64,000 nt of DNA, from positions 33,030 through 97,029 of IMG/VR virus record IMGVR_UViG_3300042892_002840, one strand, 5' to 3'. Numbering within the stretch: the stretch's first letter is position 1; the number at the start of each line of letters is the position of its first letter. This document shows, in pieces, positions 46,873 through 57,091 of this stretch. The notes below the pieces were generated by a model. It was not told where the DNA came from and searched no databases. It worked only from the letters and a program-made list of their open reading frames with translations. The DNA comes from a virus. A program made the translations under genes and the position numbers.

Positions 46873-47481
46873 TTAATTGAAAGAGAAGTCTATCTCTGGG
46901 ATATTATATTTAAACTGTATTGCTGCTCTTGGGCCATTTGTATGTACATCATGGATCATTCCTCTAGGGATATAAACAACATCGCCCTCTGAGACATCAA
47001 ATTCTACGTACCCGCCTGATTTATCATTAATATTAGATCCGTCAAATGATCTTTTCTGAGATGTATAAAATTTCCATTTAGTATTTCCTATACATTGCCA
47101 ATAAAAGTTATCTGTCTCATCAAAATGTGGGTCAGATGGATCTTCTTTTGCAAAGTTTATATATGCAGATACAGCCATACCTCTGTATGGTATTGCAGAG
47201 CTAAATATAGAAAAGAAATTATCAATCTGTGGGTACCACTCTGGCTTTGGCTCTACTACATTTAAATAAAGAGGGCTTTTGAATAGCACACCTCTAATAA
47301 ATCTTTCTCTGTATGGATTACTTGGAACAACAGCAATTCTTTTATTCCAGTACTGATCGTTGACATGATTAATAAAGTTGTCCCACGCAGGAGTTTCTGT
47401 GCAAATTGATTTAAATAAATATGGCTTATTGTTTTCTTTGCAATCCTGCAAAATTATTTTTATTTGATCTATTGTATACAT
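46873..47481 (-). CDS. JmjC/cupin-4-like 2OG oxygenase
   Basis: HFD..DNFYWQC.G..KW; GDVVYIPRG..HDV. Confidence 0.8.
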   Translation of the reverse strand: MYTIDQIKIILQDCKENNKPYLFKSICTETPAWDNFINHVNDQYWNKRIAVVPSNPYRERFIRGVLFKSPLYLNVVEPKPEWYPQIDNFFSIFSSAIPYRGMAVSAYINFAKEDPSDPHFDETDNFYWQCIGNTKWKFYTSQKRSFDGSNINDKSGGYVEFDVSEGDVVYIPRGMIHDVHTNGPRAAIQFKYNIPEIDFSFN

Positions 47482-47487
47482 AGTAAA

Positions 47488-47513
47488 ATGGCTGGGGATT
47501 TCTCCCCAGCCAT
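47488..47513 (-). terminator. Intrinsic terminator
   Basis: atggctgggga/tccccagccat hairpin immediately after the 47519 stop, then TTTT on the minus strand. Confidence 0.75.
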
Positions 47514-47518
47514 CCTGA

Positions 47519-48619
47519 TTACTTCTTTAATGCAATCTTCAACTTAGGGAACTTCTTGTTCCACTTAGTTGCAAGAGCGTTATATTCCGCCTTGTACTTT
47601 GCTGCTGCTGTTGCAAGAGCAAGGTCTGATGCTGCCTTTGCAGTAACTGTTGCTGAGTCTGATGCTGCTTTTGCATCTGCAAGTGACTTATCTGCTGCAA
47701 CCTTGTCTGCTGCACGACCAGCCTTCTCTGCTGCAAGAACATTTGCTGCTGCTTGTGCATCAAGTGCACGACCAGCCTTCTCTGCTGCAAGCTGTGCAGT
47801 AAGAGTCGCTACTGTTCCATTAAGGTCAGATACTGTAAATGCTGCCTGTGCTGCCTTTGTTGGTGCTGTCAAACCAGCAACTGTTGTTGCTGATGTTGCA
47901 CCTGTGACTACAACTGTAACTGTTCCAGCTACGCCGACTGCAAGTGATGCAGTCTTTGAGCCAGCAACTAGGGTTGTGTCTGCTGTTGCTTCTGCTGTTG
48001 TAGAAGTAACGAGTGTCTTTGTGATGGTTCCATCTGAGAATGTTGAACCAAGAACTGTTGCAGTGATTGTTTCACCTGTAAGAATTGGGTTACCGAACAC
48101 GTCTGTAGCAGATACAGTTACTGTTGGAATTGTTCCAACTGCTGATGCTGCTGGTACTGCAACTGCAACATTTGATGCTGCTCCTGCCGTTCCCTTGATG
48201 TATACGACTGTTGAATATCCGCCGTTTGTAATTGTTACAGTTCCAACCTTTACACTTGTTGTGTATGCGTAAACTGTGATTGCTGAACCTGCTGATGTAA
48301 CAGACAGTGTTGATACACCTGACGCAATTGTCTTAGGTGCATCTGTTGTGTGCAAAGCAGTTACAAGCTTAATTGTATCTGATGCAACAAATGACACGAC
48401 TGTTGCTGTGTCTGCAGTTGCTGCTAGTGCTACAGAAGTTCCAGATGTGATCTGGTTTGCTGATGGCACTGCTACTGTTGCAGGCGCTGCAGATGTTGTA
48501 GCGTTATTTACTGTTGCTACCGTAACGGCTAATGGTGCTGCCGAAGATGGTGCTACAGAGACGCTGATGATTGCTAGAGCTGCAGCAGTAACAATCGATA
48601 GTTTCTTAAATGACTTCAT
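47519..48619 (-). CDS. Secreted Ala/Thr/Val-rich surface protein (Ig-like + coiled coil)
   Basis: Signal peptide MKSFKK...SSA; basic C-terminus; strong RBS. Confidence 0.7.
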   Translation of the reverse strand: MKSFKKLSIVTAAALAIISVSVAPSSAAPLAVTVATVNNATTSAAPATVAVPSANQITSGTSVALAATADTATVVSFVASDTIKLVTALHTTDAPKTIASGVSTLSVTSAGSAITVYAYTTSVKVGTVTITNGGYSTVVYIKGTAGAASNVAVAVPAASAVGTIPTVTVSATDVFGNPILTGETITATVLGSTFSDGTITKTLVTSTTAEATADTTLVAGSKTASLAVGVAGTVTVVVTGATSATTVAGLTAPTKAAQAAFTVSDLNGTVATLTAQLAAEKAGRALDAQAAANVLAAEKAGRAADKVAADKSLADAKAASDSATVTAKAASDLALATAAAKYKAEYNALATKWNKKFPKLKIALKK

Positions 48620-48666
48620 TTAATTTATTCTCCTTATTTCCTCTGTACCTTGAATAGCACAGAAAT

Positions 48667-48855
48667 TTAGTTTAAGTGATTTACTCTTACTTGAAAAGAA
48701 CACGGATCTCCGCCTTCATCCCATTCTTGCATTTCTTCTTCTGTCATAGGTGGCCCATCATGTGTATTACAAAATACATCTGAAACCCAACCTCTGTCAT
48801 AGCCGTTCTTGAGCCATATTTCAAACTCTAAAAAATCTGAATCTTCTAGATCCAT
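48667..48855 (-). CDS. Hypothetical phage protein
   Basis: CNTHDG...GDPC. Confidence 0.65.
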   Translation of the reverse strand: MDLEDSDFLEFEIWLKNGYDRGWVSDVFCNTHDGPPMTEEEMQEWDEGGDPCSFQVRVNHLN

Positions 48856-49148
48856 TCGGATAGCTCCTTTAGCATTACATGCTTAGGTTTTGCACCAGTA
48901 ATAGTCTTTACTGGTTGACCAGACTTAAATAGTACCATATAAGGGATAGAAGTAACAGAGTATTCTGCTGATTTTACTGGATTCTCATCAACATTTAACT
49001 TTCCAACCCATAACCCACGCTCTTCAGATATCTCATCTAGGATAGGGGATACCTTTTTACATGGTCCACACCAAGGAGCCCAGAAATCAATCAGAACTAA
49101 ATCGTGTGCTTCTAATGTAGAGTTGAAGGATTGATCTGTTACTATCAT
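48846..49148 (-). CDS. trxA: Thioredoxin
   Basis: DFWAPWCGPCK; SIP. Confidence 0.95.
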   Translation of the reverse strand: MIVTDQSFNSTLEAHDLVLIDFWAPWCGPCKKVSPILDEISEERGLWVGKLNVDENPVKSAEYSVTSIPYMVLFKSGQPVKTITGAKPKHVMLKELSEWI

Positions 49149-49354
49149 TCTCCCTTTAACTCCTCCGCTGCTGCATTAAACTTATTCATAAATGTTTGAA
49201 TAACAAATAATGTAGTCTCGTGTGCATTCTTTGACATAGCGCTGAATGCTTGTTGGTTTCTTTCATCTTCAGGTAGTGCAGATGACCATTTTGTGTAAAG
49301 ATCTTCTGCTACCTCTCCAATAATTTCTTCCATTACTGTTTGCTGATTACCCAT
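49145..49354 (-). CDS. Hypothetical protein
   Basis: Coupled on both sides. Confidence 0.65.
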   Translation of the reverse strand: MGNQQTVMEEIIGEVAEDLYTKWSSALPEDERNQQAFSAMSKNAHETTLFVIQTFMNKFNAAAEELKGE

Positions 49355-50462
49355 TTAATTTTGCCAACCATACAGACTTTGTTGCAGCAAGCTTATCCTG
49401 TGCAGCTTTTAATTCAATTTGGTACTGCGCTTCTGCTGCTAAAATAGCTGCATCAACTTGCGCTTTAAGAACAGCTTTTGCTGCTTCTTTTTCTGCTAAA
49501 ATCTTTGCAGTGTTATCTACAACGGATGAAGGCTGATACAATAGTGCTGCATTGAAATCAATAAGCTTTTTAAATGTTCCTGGCTTTCCTGTAACATTGA
49601 CTAATGTCGATTTAAAAGCATTAAGAATATCATTCATGCTTGCAGAAGGCTTCTTTGATTTCATCTCAAGCCATTTAGCAGCAACTACTTGTGTTGCAGC
49701 AGATGATCCTGCAATATTCTTTACAACATTGCCTACTGATGGAACAGTAACATATCCAGTTGCAAACATGTCGGTCTTTGAGTCATCATAGTTTGTATTT
49801 CCTGCAATAAATGGTGACCTATCTACAGCACCAACAGACACTGAAACATCTAGACATGCAGGCCAGTCGATTCGCTTATAGTCTCCGCCGTTACCTACTG
49901 GAAAGAATACTGGGATATCCATAGCAGCAAGGTCTTTGATAGACTGTTCTGTGATTGGTGTCTTTGGGCAGTAATCTGTTCCTGCTGGACCTAGATTGTG
50001 ATGTCCTTGAGACATTGTCACTGCCTGAATATTGTACTTGGATGCATTCTGCTTAACCCATCGCAATGCATTGTATACTGCTGCTTCTCCTGCAGATTGT
50101 CTTGCACCAGTTGCTGAGTTTCCGATGACCTTGATAAACACGACATCCACATTTGGATTATTTGTGATAAAGGTAGAAACCATTTGAGTTCCATGATCAA
50201 ATCCATTTTTAGATATTAGTGATGCAGGCATAGATGCTGCTCCAGGACCCTCCATAAAAGATGTACCATTTGGACATGTTGTCCACTCAATCAAACAAAC
50301 TTCTTGAATAATTTTACCGTTAAATAGTGGCAGTGATGTGTCAATTGCCGTATCTAAAATTGCAACTGATGGTCGAGCCGTTTGGTTCTTCAGAGCTGCA
50401 TGAGCTGTTGTAGGGACAATGAGTGATAGTGCTACTAGAGCAGTTATTAGTTTTTTATTCAT
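49347..50462 (-). CDS. Secreted subtilisin-like (S8) peptidase
   Basis: Signal peptide; ILDTAID, HGTQM, GN, GSSAAT. Confidence 0.85.
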   Translation of the reverse strand: MNKKLITALVALSLIVPTTAHAALKNQTARPSVAILDTAIDTSLPLFNGKIIQEVCLIEWTTCPNGTSFMEGPGAASMPASLISKNGFDHGTQMVSTFITNNPNVDVVFIKVIGNSATGARQSAGEAAVYNALRWVKQNASKYNIQAVTMSQGHHNLGPAGTDYCPKTPITEQSIKDLAAMDIPVFFPVGNGGDYKRIDWPACLDVSVSVGAVDRSPFIAGNTNYDDSKTDMFATGYVTVPSVGNVVKNIAGSSAATQVVAAKWLEMKSKKPSASMNDILNAFKSTLVNVTGKPGTFKKLIDFNAALLYQPSSVVDNTAKILAEKEAAKAVLKAQVDAAILAAEAQYQIELKAAQDKLAATKSVWLAKLNG

Positions 50463-50492
50463 GCCTTAATTCTACTAAATAATATCAGAATG

Positions 50493-50690
50493 TCAAGGGG
50501 TTTCTTTAATGTTTTTGTACCATTTCCCAGAGTCAAGGTTGGATCTAAGTGCTTCCTGTACCTTATTTTCTTCTATAGCCATCTCTTGTGACTCCATAAG
50601 GTTATTTAGTGCAAGTGTAAGTAATTCAAGAGTCATTTCCATTTTTACTACTGTAAGTTCAAGCTGCCTTAGTCTTTCAGACTTTCTCAT
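50493..50690 (-). CDS. Hypothetical coiled-coil protein
   Basis: ATGA overlap. Confidence 0.6.
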   Translation of the reverse strand: MRKSERLRQLELTVVKMEMTLELLTLALNNLMESQEMAIEENKVQEALRSNLDSGKWYKNIKETP

Positions 50691-51052
50691 TCCATCTTCT
50701 CTCTATCTAGTAGGGTTGGTGCTGTTGCCATACTTCCACAATTAGCGCATTCCATGTCTAGAAAATAGGTTGCAATCTCAAAGTCCTCAAACATTACTTT
50801 TACATTCCATATGTTGCATCCGCATGGACAAAGATGTGTTGGGGTACCTCTAAGATCTATAGCATGATCGTAGTTTTCTGGTCTTAAATCGTTGATGTCT
50901 AATATTGGTCCTCTAGTTTTATTGAGGTCATCAGACTCTTCTTCTTTATCTATATAGTATATGCCGTAGTCGTACTTGGAATTAAAATCTTTCCACAGCG
51001 TAAAAATCTTTTTAGCTGATAGCAGAGACAACAAACCTAATATATAGTTCAT
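50687..51052 (-). CDS. Hypothetical Zn-binding phage protein
   Basis: DLRGTPTHLCPCG...CANCGS. Confidence 0.7.
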   Translation of the reverse strand: MNYILGLLSLLSAKKIFTLWKDFNSKYDYGIYYIDKEEESDDLNKTRGPILDINDLRPENYDHAIDLRGTPTHLCPCGCNIWNVKVMFEDFEIATYFLDMECANCGSMATAPTLLDREKME

Positions 51053-51066
51053 ACATTAATTATACA

Positions 51067-51624
51067 CTATACCTGAATGTATGTAAATGGTGGTGCTACA
51101 GACATGTTAAACTCCGCTGCCGCTTCTAAAGCCGCTTTTAATCTAAGCTTAGGATTTTTTTGATTTTTTGTTGCATATAAGGCTCCTAGAGCAATCATTC
51201 CACCGCTGCCTTCTGCCATATAGTTAACAACATTCTCTCCAACATGAAAGTCTTCATCTATAGTAAAAATTCTACCTTCAATGCCAACTATAAATATGCC
51301 ACCAGTGTCTTCTTCTGATGATGAGCCTATGCTTCCATATCCATTATCTTTAAATGCCTGCTTAACTGAATCAATAAACTTGGTTCTCATAAACTTATCA
51401 AGACCTGAATTTGTTTTAGTTGGTGTGTATTTGGGTGGTGTCCACATGTACTGTAAGATCTGGCCCATTCGAAATGAATCAGTAAATGCAACAGCATACT
51501 GACCAACCTTAAAACACTTTGGTTCTTTTCGTGAAAGAATCCATCCAGTCTTATCGTCAGATGCTGCGTGGTCTGATCCCATATAAACAACCCCGTTTTG
51601 GGCTATAGCTACTATACATGTCAT
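51067..51624 (-). CDS. HslV/proteasome-beta-like Ntn protease
   Basis: N-terminal M-T-C-I-V-A, GSD, K, GSG...ALGAL. Confidence 0.8.
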   Translation of the reverse strand: MTCIVAIAQNGVVYMGSDHAASDDKTGWILSRKEPKCFKVGQYAVAFTDSFRMGQILQYMWTPPKYTPTKTNSGLDKFMRTKFIDSVKQAFKDNGYGSIGSSSEEDTGGIFIVGIEGRIFTIDEDFHVGENVVNYMAEGSGGMIALGALYATKNQKNPKLRLKAALEAAAEFNMSVAPPFTYIQV

Positions 51625-51656
51625 AATTCTAGTATACTATTTATAAATTCGAAGTG

Positions 51657-51959
51657 CTAGTCCTCATTATGTAATTCAACATGGCTTAATTTAAGCATAG
51701 TTCCTTCAAGCTCAGATTTAACCTGAATTAGTTCTTGTAGGGCTTCAAAATACTTTTCTTTCCATTCACTGAGGTCTTTTTCTAGCTTATACAGCTTAAT
51801 TTGCAAATCCTTAATTTCTATTATAAGTAGGTCATGTGCTCTTTCTGACTCTCTTACTTCTCTTTCAACCCGATTTTTTCGAGCAGAAATTAAGGCTGCT
51901 ATTAAACCGCTAAATGCAGAAGCCAATATAGTTAGTAGTATTTGTGTATAAACATTCAT
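51657..51959 (-). CDS. Membrane-anchored coiled-coil protein
   Basis: N-terminal TM helix plus heptads. Confidence 0.65.
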   Translation of the reverse strand: MNVYTQILLTILASAFSGLIAALISARKNRVEREVRESERAHDLLIIEIKDLQIKLYKLEKDLSEWKEKYFEALQELIQVKSELEGTMLKLSHVELHNED

Positions 51960-51988
51960 TGTACACTAATTATACCCTATAATGTTTG

Positions 51989-52225
51989 TTAAATTAATAA
52001 TTCAGACGCTGTTATTTCGCTTCCCATATATCTTTTTTTGCCTATATAATCTTTAACATAATCTGCACCATGCTGTCTTCCAGCAAGTATTACAACCCAC
52101 CTCGGCTCAAATTTGTTGTCTGAACATGTTTGACACAAAAGCAGGTTTATTGCAAGTAAATTAGACTTCTTTGCAGATAGCTGATTCTTGCTCTTATTGC
52201 ATGAGTAACATAAAACTTTTTCCAT
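51989..52225 (-). CDS. Zn-finger hypothetical protein
   Basis: CYSC...CQTC; EPRW. Confidence 0.65.
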   Translation of the reverse strand: MEKVLCYSCNKSKNQLSAKKSNLLAINLLLCQTCSDNKFEPRWVVILAGRQHGADYVKDYIGKKRYMGSEITASELLI

Positions 52226-52227
52226 TA

Positions 52228-52980
52228 TTAGTTTACCTTAATCCATTTCATATATTTATTTCTTTCTACTCTTTGTCTCAATTGTTCTTTCTCTTTCCAT
52301 TCCTGCTCATCCCACTTTGATTTCTCTAATAGATAATCAGGGTCGCCATCGTGCCTGTAATGCCAAAAGGATCTTATTATATACTTATCTCCATCTATTA
52401 CATTTTTTACTCCATGATAATAAGGAGCACCCGAAGGGAAAACAATTATGTCTCCCGCTTTTGCCTTGTAAGATATAATTTCTTCGCTTGGCTCAATCTG
52501 AAACATAACTTCCCCACCCTCGTAGCTGTCATTTATATACAAGTTTGCGGTTATGCCATGCTTAATTCCAGGCATTCGTGATCTTTCTTGCTGATAGTCT
52601 GTATGAAATGGCAATATCAGTCCTGTATACTTTACCTTTTTAGGGAAATATTTACAAAGCTGTGGATCTGATGAGTGCCAGTTTGGTAGAGAAACGCTAT
52701 TTCTTTTTATATAGTCAGATGTTATATCTTTAAAAATTTTACCAAACTGTGTGCTGATGTATGCCTTGTTTGGATCAGTTTCTTCTGTTTCTGTATTAAA
52801 TTCATGAGGGTCACCAGAATAAGATTTTGTTATTAGTGTTGCATAATGTCCAAATCCTCCCCACGGTTTCCACAAATCTTCTTTTACTGATAAAACATTT
52901 TGCATAAATTCTGAATAATTTGGTATTACATTATGATACACATCTATCTTATCATGCAATGTTGTTATATCAAATTTCAT
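52228..52980 (-). CDS. 2OG-Fe(II) oxygenase
   Basis: HTD, YINDSYEGG, YHGV, GDK; resembles 1037-1825. Confidence 0.88.
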   Translation of the reverse strand: MKFDITTLHDKIDVYHNVIPNYSEFMQNVLSVKEDLWKPWGGFGHYATLITKSYSGDPHEFNTETEETDPNKAYISTQFGKIFKDITSDYIKRNSVSLPNWHSSDPQLCKYFPKKVKYTGLILPFHTDYQQERSRMPGIKHGITANLYINDSYEGGEVMFQIEPSEEIISYKAKAGDIIVFPSGAPYYHGVKNVIDGDKYIIRSFWHYRHDGDPDYLLEKSKWDEQEWKEKEQLRQRVERNKYMKWIKVN

Positions 52981-53294
52981 TTTCTATTACCTCCAGGCTT
53001 TCCTTCAAGCTCAACTCTAACGCCATAAGACTCTAGTATGTTTTTAACCATCTCTACATACTCTATAACCTGCATCCTAATAGACCCATCATACTGTGCA
53101 AAGTTATCTTCGTACAATCTAATTGCTAAAAATTCTGGATACTTAATTATATCCATTTGTAGGTTATGCGCTGGTTTTTTAAGCTCACGTATTTTAGTTG
53201 CCATTTGTTTGTTATAAAACACTGGCTTATTTGGCTCACCAGTCCACTGATTTATACCATTAGCAAAATGATTTTTGTTCTTATCAATAAACAT
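52977..53294 (-). CDS. Hypothetical protein
   Basis: Coupled to whiB. Confidence 0.65.
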   Translation of the reverse strand: MFIDKNKNHFANGINQWTGEPNKPVFYNKQMATKIRELKKPAHNLQMDIIKYPEFLAIRLYEDNFAQYDGSIRMQVIEYVEMVKNILESYGVRVELEGKPGGNRK

Positions 53295-53595
53295 GTTTTT
53301 CCTTTATCTGCTTCCAAACATCTTTTGTTTTATGTGCATTTCTTGATTTGTCTGGTAATCCTGCGCTTAAATAAACTCCGCCCCAAACACCGTAATCGCT
53401 ATTAAACTTTCCTTCATCATGACAAATTTTAATTACTGGGCATGACAGACATGCCTGATCAATATTTTTTGCAATATTGATATCGGATTCATATTTATCA
53501 AAAAAGAGATTGGTGTCCATGCCAAGGCATAGAGCAAGGTCATACCAGCTAGCGTTATCTTTATCTATTCCTAGACTATTTAAAATATCTGACAT
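53284..53595 (-). CDS. whiB: WhiB-family transcription factor (likely start MSDILN)
   Basis: W...ALC...LFF...C..CPV...C...GVWGG. Confidence 0.9.
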   Translation of the reverse strand: MSDILNSLGIDKDNASWYDLALCLGMDTNLFFDKYESDINIAKNIDQACLSCPVIKICHDEGKFNSDYGVWGGVYLSAGLPDKSRNAHKTKDVWKQIKEKHVY

Positions 53596-53809
53596 ATTTT
53601 TTCGGCAGTTCCCAGATTCCTTCACGGCTGACAGAAATCTTTTCTGCCTTACCCCAAGCATCTTTCCTATACATTCCTTTTTTGTCAGTATAGCCGCCAC
53701 TATCTTTTTTCCAAATTACAAGATCGTAGTTATTCCAAAATGATTCTTGTATATTTGTTTGAGATCTTTTTATAAAAATCTCAACTCCTTGCTCTGTTAA
53801 GTGCAACAA
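53576..53809 (-). CDS. Hypothetical protein (likely TTG start; the longer listed ORF runs through tRNAs)
   Basis: AAAGG RBS before 53809. Confidence 0.6.
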   Translation of the reverse strand: MLHLTEQGVEIFIKRSQTNIQESFWNNYDLVIWKKDSGGYTDKKGMYRKDAWGKAEKISVSREGIWELPKKYVRYFK

Positions 53810-53829
53810 ATTGCTTTTACCTTTTCTAG

Positions 53830-53911
53830 TACCCGAAGTCGGAATTGAACCGACATGCTGTGAAGCAACAAATTTTAAGTCTGTCGTGTATACCGATTCC
53901 ACCATTCGGGC
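53830..53911 (-). tRNA. tRNA-Leu(UAA)
   Basis: Cloverleaf with a long variable arm; ACAGA-CT TAA AA-TTTGT. Confidence 0.9.
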
Positions 53912-53916
53912 ATATG

Positions 53917-53989
53917 CTGGTCCACCAGGTCTCGATCCTGGGACATCCAAATTAACAGTTTGGCGCTCTACCAACTGAGCTATGGACCA
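53917..53989 (-). tRNA. tRNA-Asn(GUU)
   Basis: CCAAA-CT GTT AA-TTTGG; atypical T-loop ATCGAGA. Confidence 0.85.
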
Positions 53990-54212
53990 ATATGCACAAA
54001 ACCACTGTACATATGTAATTATACATTGTGAACAGCGGTTTTGTCAACGACTATTTCTGTAATATCTTTAAAATATTAATCTTTTTAATTTCATCGTCTA
54101 TATTAAATATGTCATGAATATACTCTGATGCATCCTCTGGATTAAAGGCGTCTACTTCTACCTCAACCTCTAATTTAATGCGATATTTATTCATGATATA
54201 AGTATATCATTA

Positions 54213-54524
54213 TTAGGCTTTATTTGCATTTGCTTTAGCTGAAATTCTACGATTTTCAACCTCTACATCTGCAACTGTTTGAGCAGACTTATCTACTGTT
54301 GAAAAAGCTGCATTAATTTCATCTACTGTTAGCTTACCATCGTCCATAAATGCACGAGCAAGCTTTTCTACAACTGCTGCTACTGCGGTTAAACCAGCTA
54401 CTGTGATTGCTTTTGCTGTTGAAATTCCAGCAATCGCACCTGCACCGATCACGGCTAATCCGTTTGCTGCAAATACAGCAACTATTCTCATAATTATATT
54501 TTTAATATTTTTTACGCTTTCCAT
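54213..54524 (-). CDS. Small membrane protein (holin-like)
   Basis: Two TM helices; DDGKLTVDEIN. Confidence 0.6.
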   Translation of the reverse strand: MESVKNIKNIIMRIVAVFAANGLAVIGAGAIAGISTAKAITVAGLTAVAAVVEKLARAFMDDGKLTVDEINAAFSTVDKSAQTVADVEVENRRISAKANANKA

Positions 54525-54700
54525 TTTTTAATCCTCTCTGTTTCTGATCGGACTTGTAATAATCCAAAGAGCAGTGGTAGCTATAATTCCATAGCCAACT
54601 ATAGTCTTTGCACTTCCGTCCAGAACAACCCAAGCAATAAACATACCAAGAAGGGTCCATGCCTGGTCTATCATATCCTTTAAGATATTTTTTACTATTC

Positions 54701-57091
54701 TTACCATTTTCTTCCTCCTCGTGAACCTGGTGAATTTGCTCCTGAAGAGCCTCCACCAGAACTTCCTCCGCCTCCTGTGCCACTTCCAGTGGCTCCCCCT
54801 GTGGCAACTGCTGCTGCGTTAATTGCTGCACCTGCTGCTACAACTGTAGCAACAACCATATCTGTTGCTTCTTCTCTTTCCTCATCTGACATGTCCGCAC
54901 CTATGCTTCCAAATGCAGCTAGCGCTGCTGCTGGATTTGTAAATAGCTCTTCTACTAATGCTCCTGGATCTTGTAGTAATTCTACTTGAGCAGCGACTGC
55001 TGCAGTAATTACAACAGCATTTCCATTTTCATCAGTACGAACATCTACTGGAGTTGCAGCTGGCAAATCAGAATATGATACGCCTGCTGCTTTTATATCT
55101 GCAGAAGAAACTGTTTCTCCAGGCTTAATAGATTCAAGAAGTTTTTCTACAACAATTTCCTTTTGCTCTTCAGTTAGCTTACCTTCTTCGGCTGCTTTCT
55201 TTAATTCTTCTGCTTCCGACTTTGCCGCTTCTAATTCTGCAGCTTTTGCTTCAGCTTTTGCTTTTGCATCTGCCGCTTCTTGTGCTTTAGCTTCCGCTTC
55301 TGCTTTAGCATTTGCTTCTTCTTGAGCCTTTGCTTCTGCTTCAGCCTTAGCATCTGCCTCTGCTTGTGCTGCCGCTTCAGCCTCTGCCTCTAACCTATCC
55401 GCTTCCGCTTTTGCATCTGCTTCAGCTTGTTCTTTAGCTTCTTGTTCTGCTTTCGCTGCTGCTTCTTCTGCTGCTATACGATCAGCCTCTGCTTTAGCAG
55501 CGGCTTCCTCTGCGGCTACACGGTCTGCTTCAGCTTTAGCAGCGGCTTCCTCTGCGGCTTTAGCTTCTGCTTCTGCCTTTGCTGCAGCTTCCGCTGCTGC
55601 TTTGGCGGCTGCTTCTGCTGCTGCTGCTTGTGCAGCTGCTCTTTGTGCTGCAGCTTCCGCTGCTGCTGCTTCTTGTGCTGCTTGTGCTGCTGCAGCCTCT
55701 GCTGCGGCATTTGCAGCGGCTTGTGCTGCTGCTTGTTGCTCTGCATAATAATTAACTGTAACCTGTGCTGCATTTGTCATTGCAGTTACTGCTTCATTTA
55801 CCTTTGTTGTTGCTGTATTAGCAAGGGTGTCTGCTGTTTGAACTGTTACTGTAGCAGTTTCTGTAAGCTGATTCAGTGTAGCAACTTCTGCTGCTTTGAT
55901 CTCTGTTTTATCTACAACTACTGCTTCTGCTGCAGTCTTTTGTGTAGTAAGAGTATTAAGCACTGCAGTGTCTGTATTAAGAGTTGTTTGTGCTGCATTA
56001 ACAGCTGCAACCAGCTCTGGATCCTTTGTTACTATTGTAGTTGCAAATGCTGTTTGATTTGGAGTAGTAAAATATCCGCTTCCATCCTGTTTCATGATTA
56101 ACCAGCCAAGTATAACTTGTGATCCACCACCATTTTCATAATACCAAATAGTAAAGTCCTGCTGCTTGTCTGTAGTTGTATTATAAGTTGGAGAGTATTG
56201 ACTCCATCCTCCGCCTTTATCAATCCACTCATTTATTGCAAGTTGTCCGTCAACATACATCTTTGCCCCATCGTCAGAATGGATTGCATATTTTACCGTT
56301 ACTGCTTCTTCTGGAACAGTAATAGTTCCTTCAAATTTTACAATTACATTGTCTACCCGCCCAGAATTAAATACCTGTCCGCTCCCAAATTGGTGAGCGA
56401 TGTAAGGAACTGTTGTGGTTGAAAGTGGTGTTGCATTTTCTGCTGGAAGCGGAGGCTGCTGTCCACCAGGAGATGCATATGTTGTTACTTCAATTCCATT
56501 AGTTGTAGTTTCTACGGCTGAAGCATCTGCAGCAGCCTGGGCTGCAGCAAGGCTCGTGGTGTCTATAGCAACTACAGCAGTTTGAGATTCAACTTGTTGT
56601 GTTACTGTATTCAAATTTGCTTGAGCATTGTTTAAATTTGTTGTTGCTGTGGCAACTACTGCAGTTTGTGATTCAACCGCTACTTGGGCTGTTGCTGCAA
56701 TTGTGACTGCTGTCTCAGCAGACTGTATTGCAGTATTAGCCTCTTGAACCTTAACTGTTGCTGATTCAACTGCTGCTTTAATTGGCTCTTGAGTTGTAGC
56801 AATTTGAGTAGCAGTCTGAGTATCTGTATTTGGCACATTTGCTTGAATTGTTGATATGATCGCATTGCCTTGTGTCTGTGCTGCTGCTTGTAATGTATCT
56901 GCTGCCGCTTCCACTTTATCTGCAACTATCTCAACTGTAACAGGAGTGGTTGCTGTTGCGGTGTCTGAAGATGGATTAGCTGGTGTTACTTGAACTGTAA
57001 CTTCATCAGCACTTGCTACGCTAGGTCCAAAAAGAAAGAGCCAGCCGATTATAAAAAGGCTGGTTAAAAAATACTGTAACTTTCTAGTCAA
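54701..57091 (-). CDS. Large secreted/membrane protein with a PA14 domain and an Ala/Glu coiled coil
   Basis: Signal peptide; SDDGAKMYVDG..INEW, YYENGGG; AEA repeats; C-terminal hydrophobic segment. Confidence 0.8.
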   Translation of the reverse strand: MTRKLQYFLTSLFIIGWLFLFGPSVASADEVTVQVTPANPSSDTATATTPVTVEIVADKVEAAADTLQAAAQTQGNAIISTIQANVPNTDTQTATQIATTQEPIKAAVESATVKVQEANTAIQSAETAVTIAATAQVAVESQTAVVATATTNLNNAQANLNTVTQQVESQTAVVAIDTTSLAAAQAAADASAVETTTNGIEVTTYASPGGQQPPLPAENATPLSTTTVPYIAHQFGSGQVFNSGRVDNVIVKFEGTITVPEEAVTVKYAIHSDDGAKMYVDGQLAINEWIDKGGGWSQYSPTYNTTTDKQQDFTIWYYENGGGSQVILGWLIMKQDGSGYFTTPNQTAFATTIVTKDPELVAAVNAAQTTLNTDTAVLNTLTTQKTAAEAVVVDKTEIKAAEVATLNQLTETATVTVQTADTLANTATTKVNEAVTAMTNAAQVTVNYYAEQQAAAQAAANAAAEAAAAQAAQEAAAAEAAAQRAAAQAAAAEAAAKAAAEAAAKAEAEAKAAEEAAAKAEADRVAAEEAAAKAEADRIAAEEAAAKAEQEAKEQAEADAKAEADRLEAEAEAAAQAEADAKAEAEAKAQEEANAKAEAEAKAQEAADAKAKAEAKAAELEAAKSEAEELKKAAEEGKLTEEQKEIVVEKLLESIKPGETVSSADIKAAGVSYSDLPAATPVDVRTDENGNAVVITAAVAAQVELLQDPGALVEELFTNPAAALAAFGSIGADMSDEEREEATDMVVATVVAAGAAINAAAVATGGATGSGTGGGGSSGGGSSGANSPGSRGGRKW

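Noticed and set aside
53810-53974. N-terminal extension of ORF 53576-53974
   Set aside because: It overlaps tRNA-Leu and tRNA-Asn genes; the real start is likely 53809.
55427-56101. Cys-rich plus-strand ORF, and other antisense ORFs such as 47556-48272 and 17716-18204
   Set aside because: These are shadows of Ala-rich minus-strand genes.
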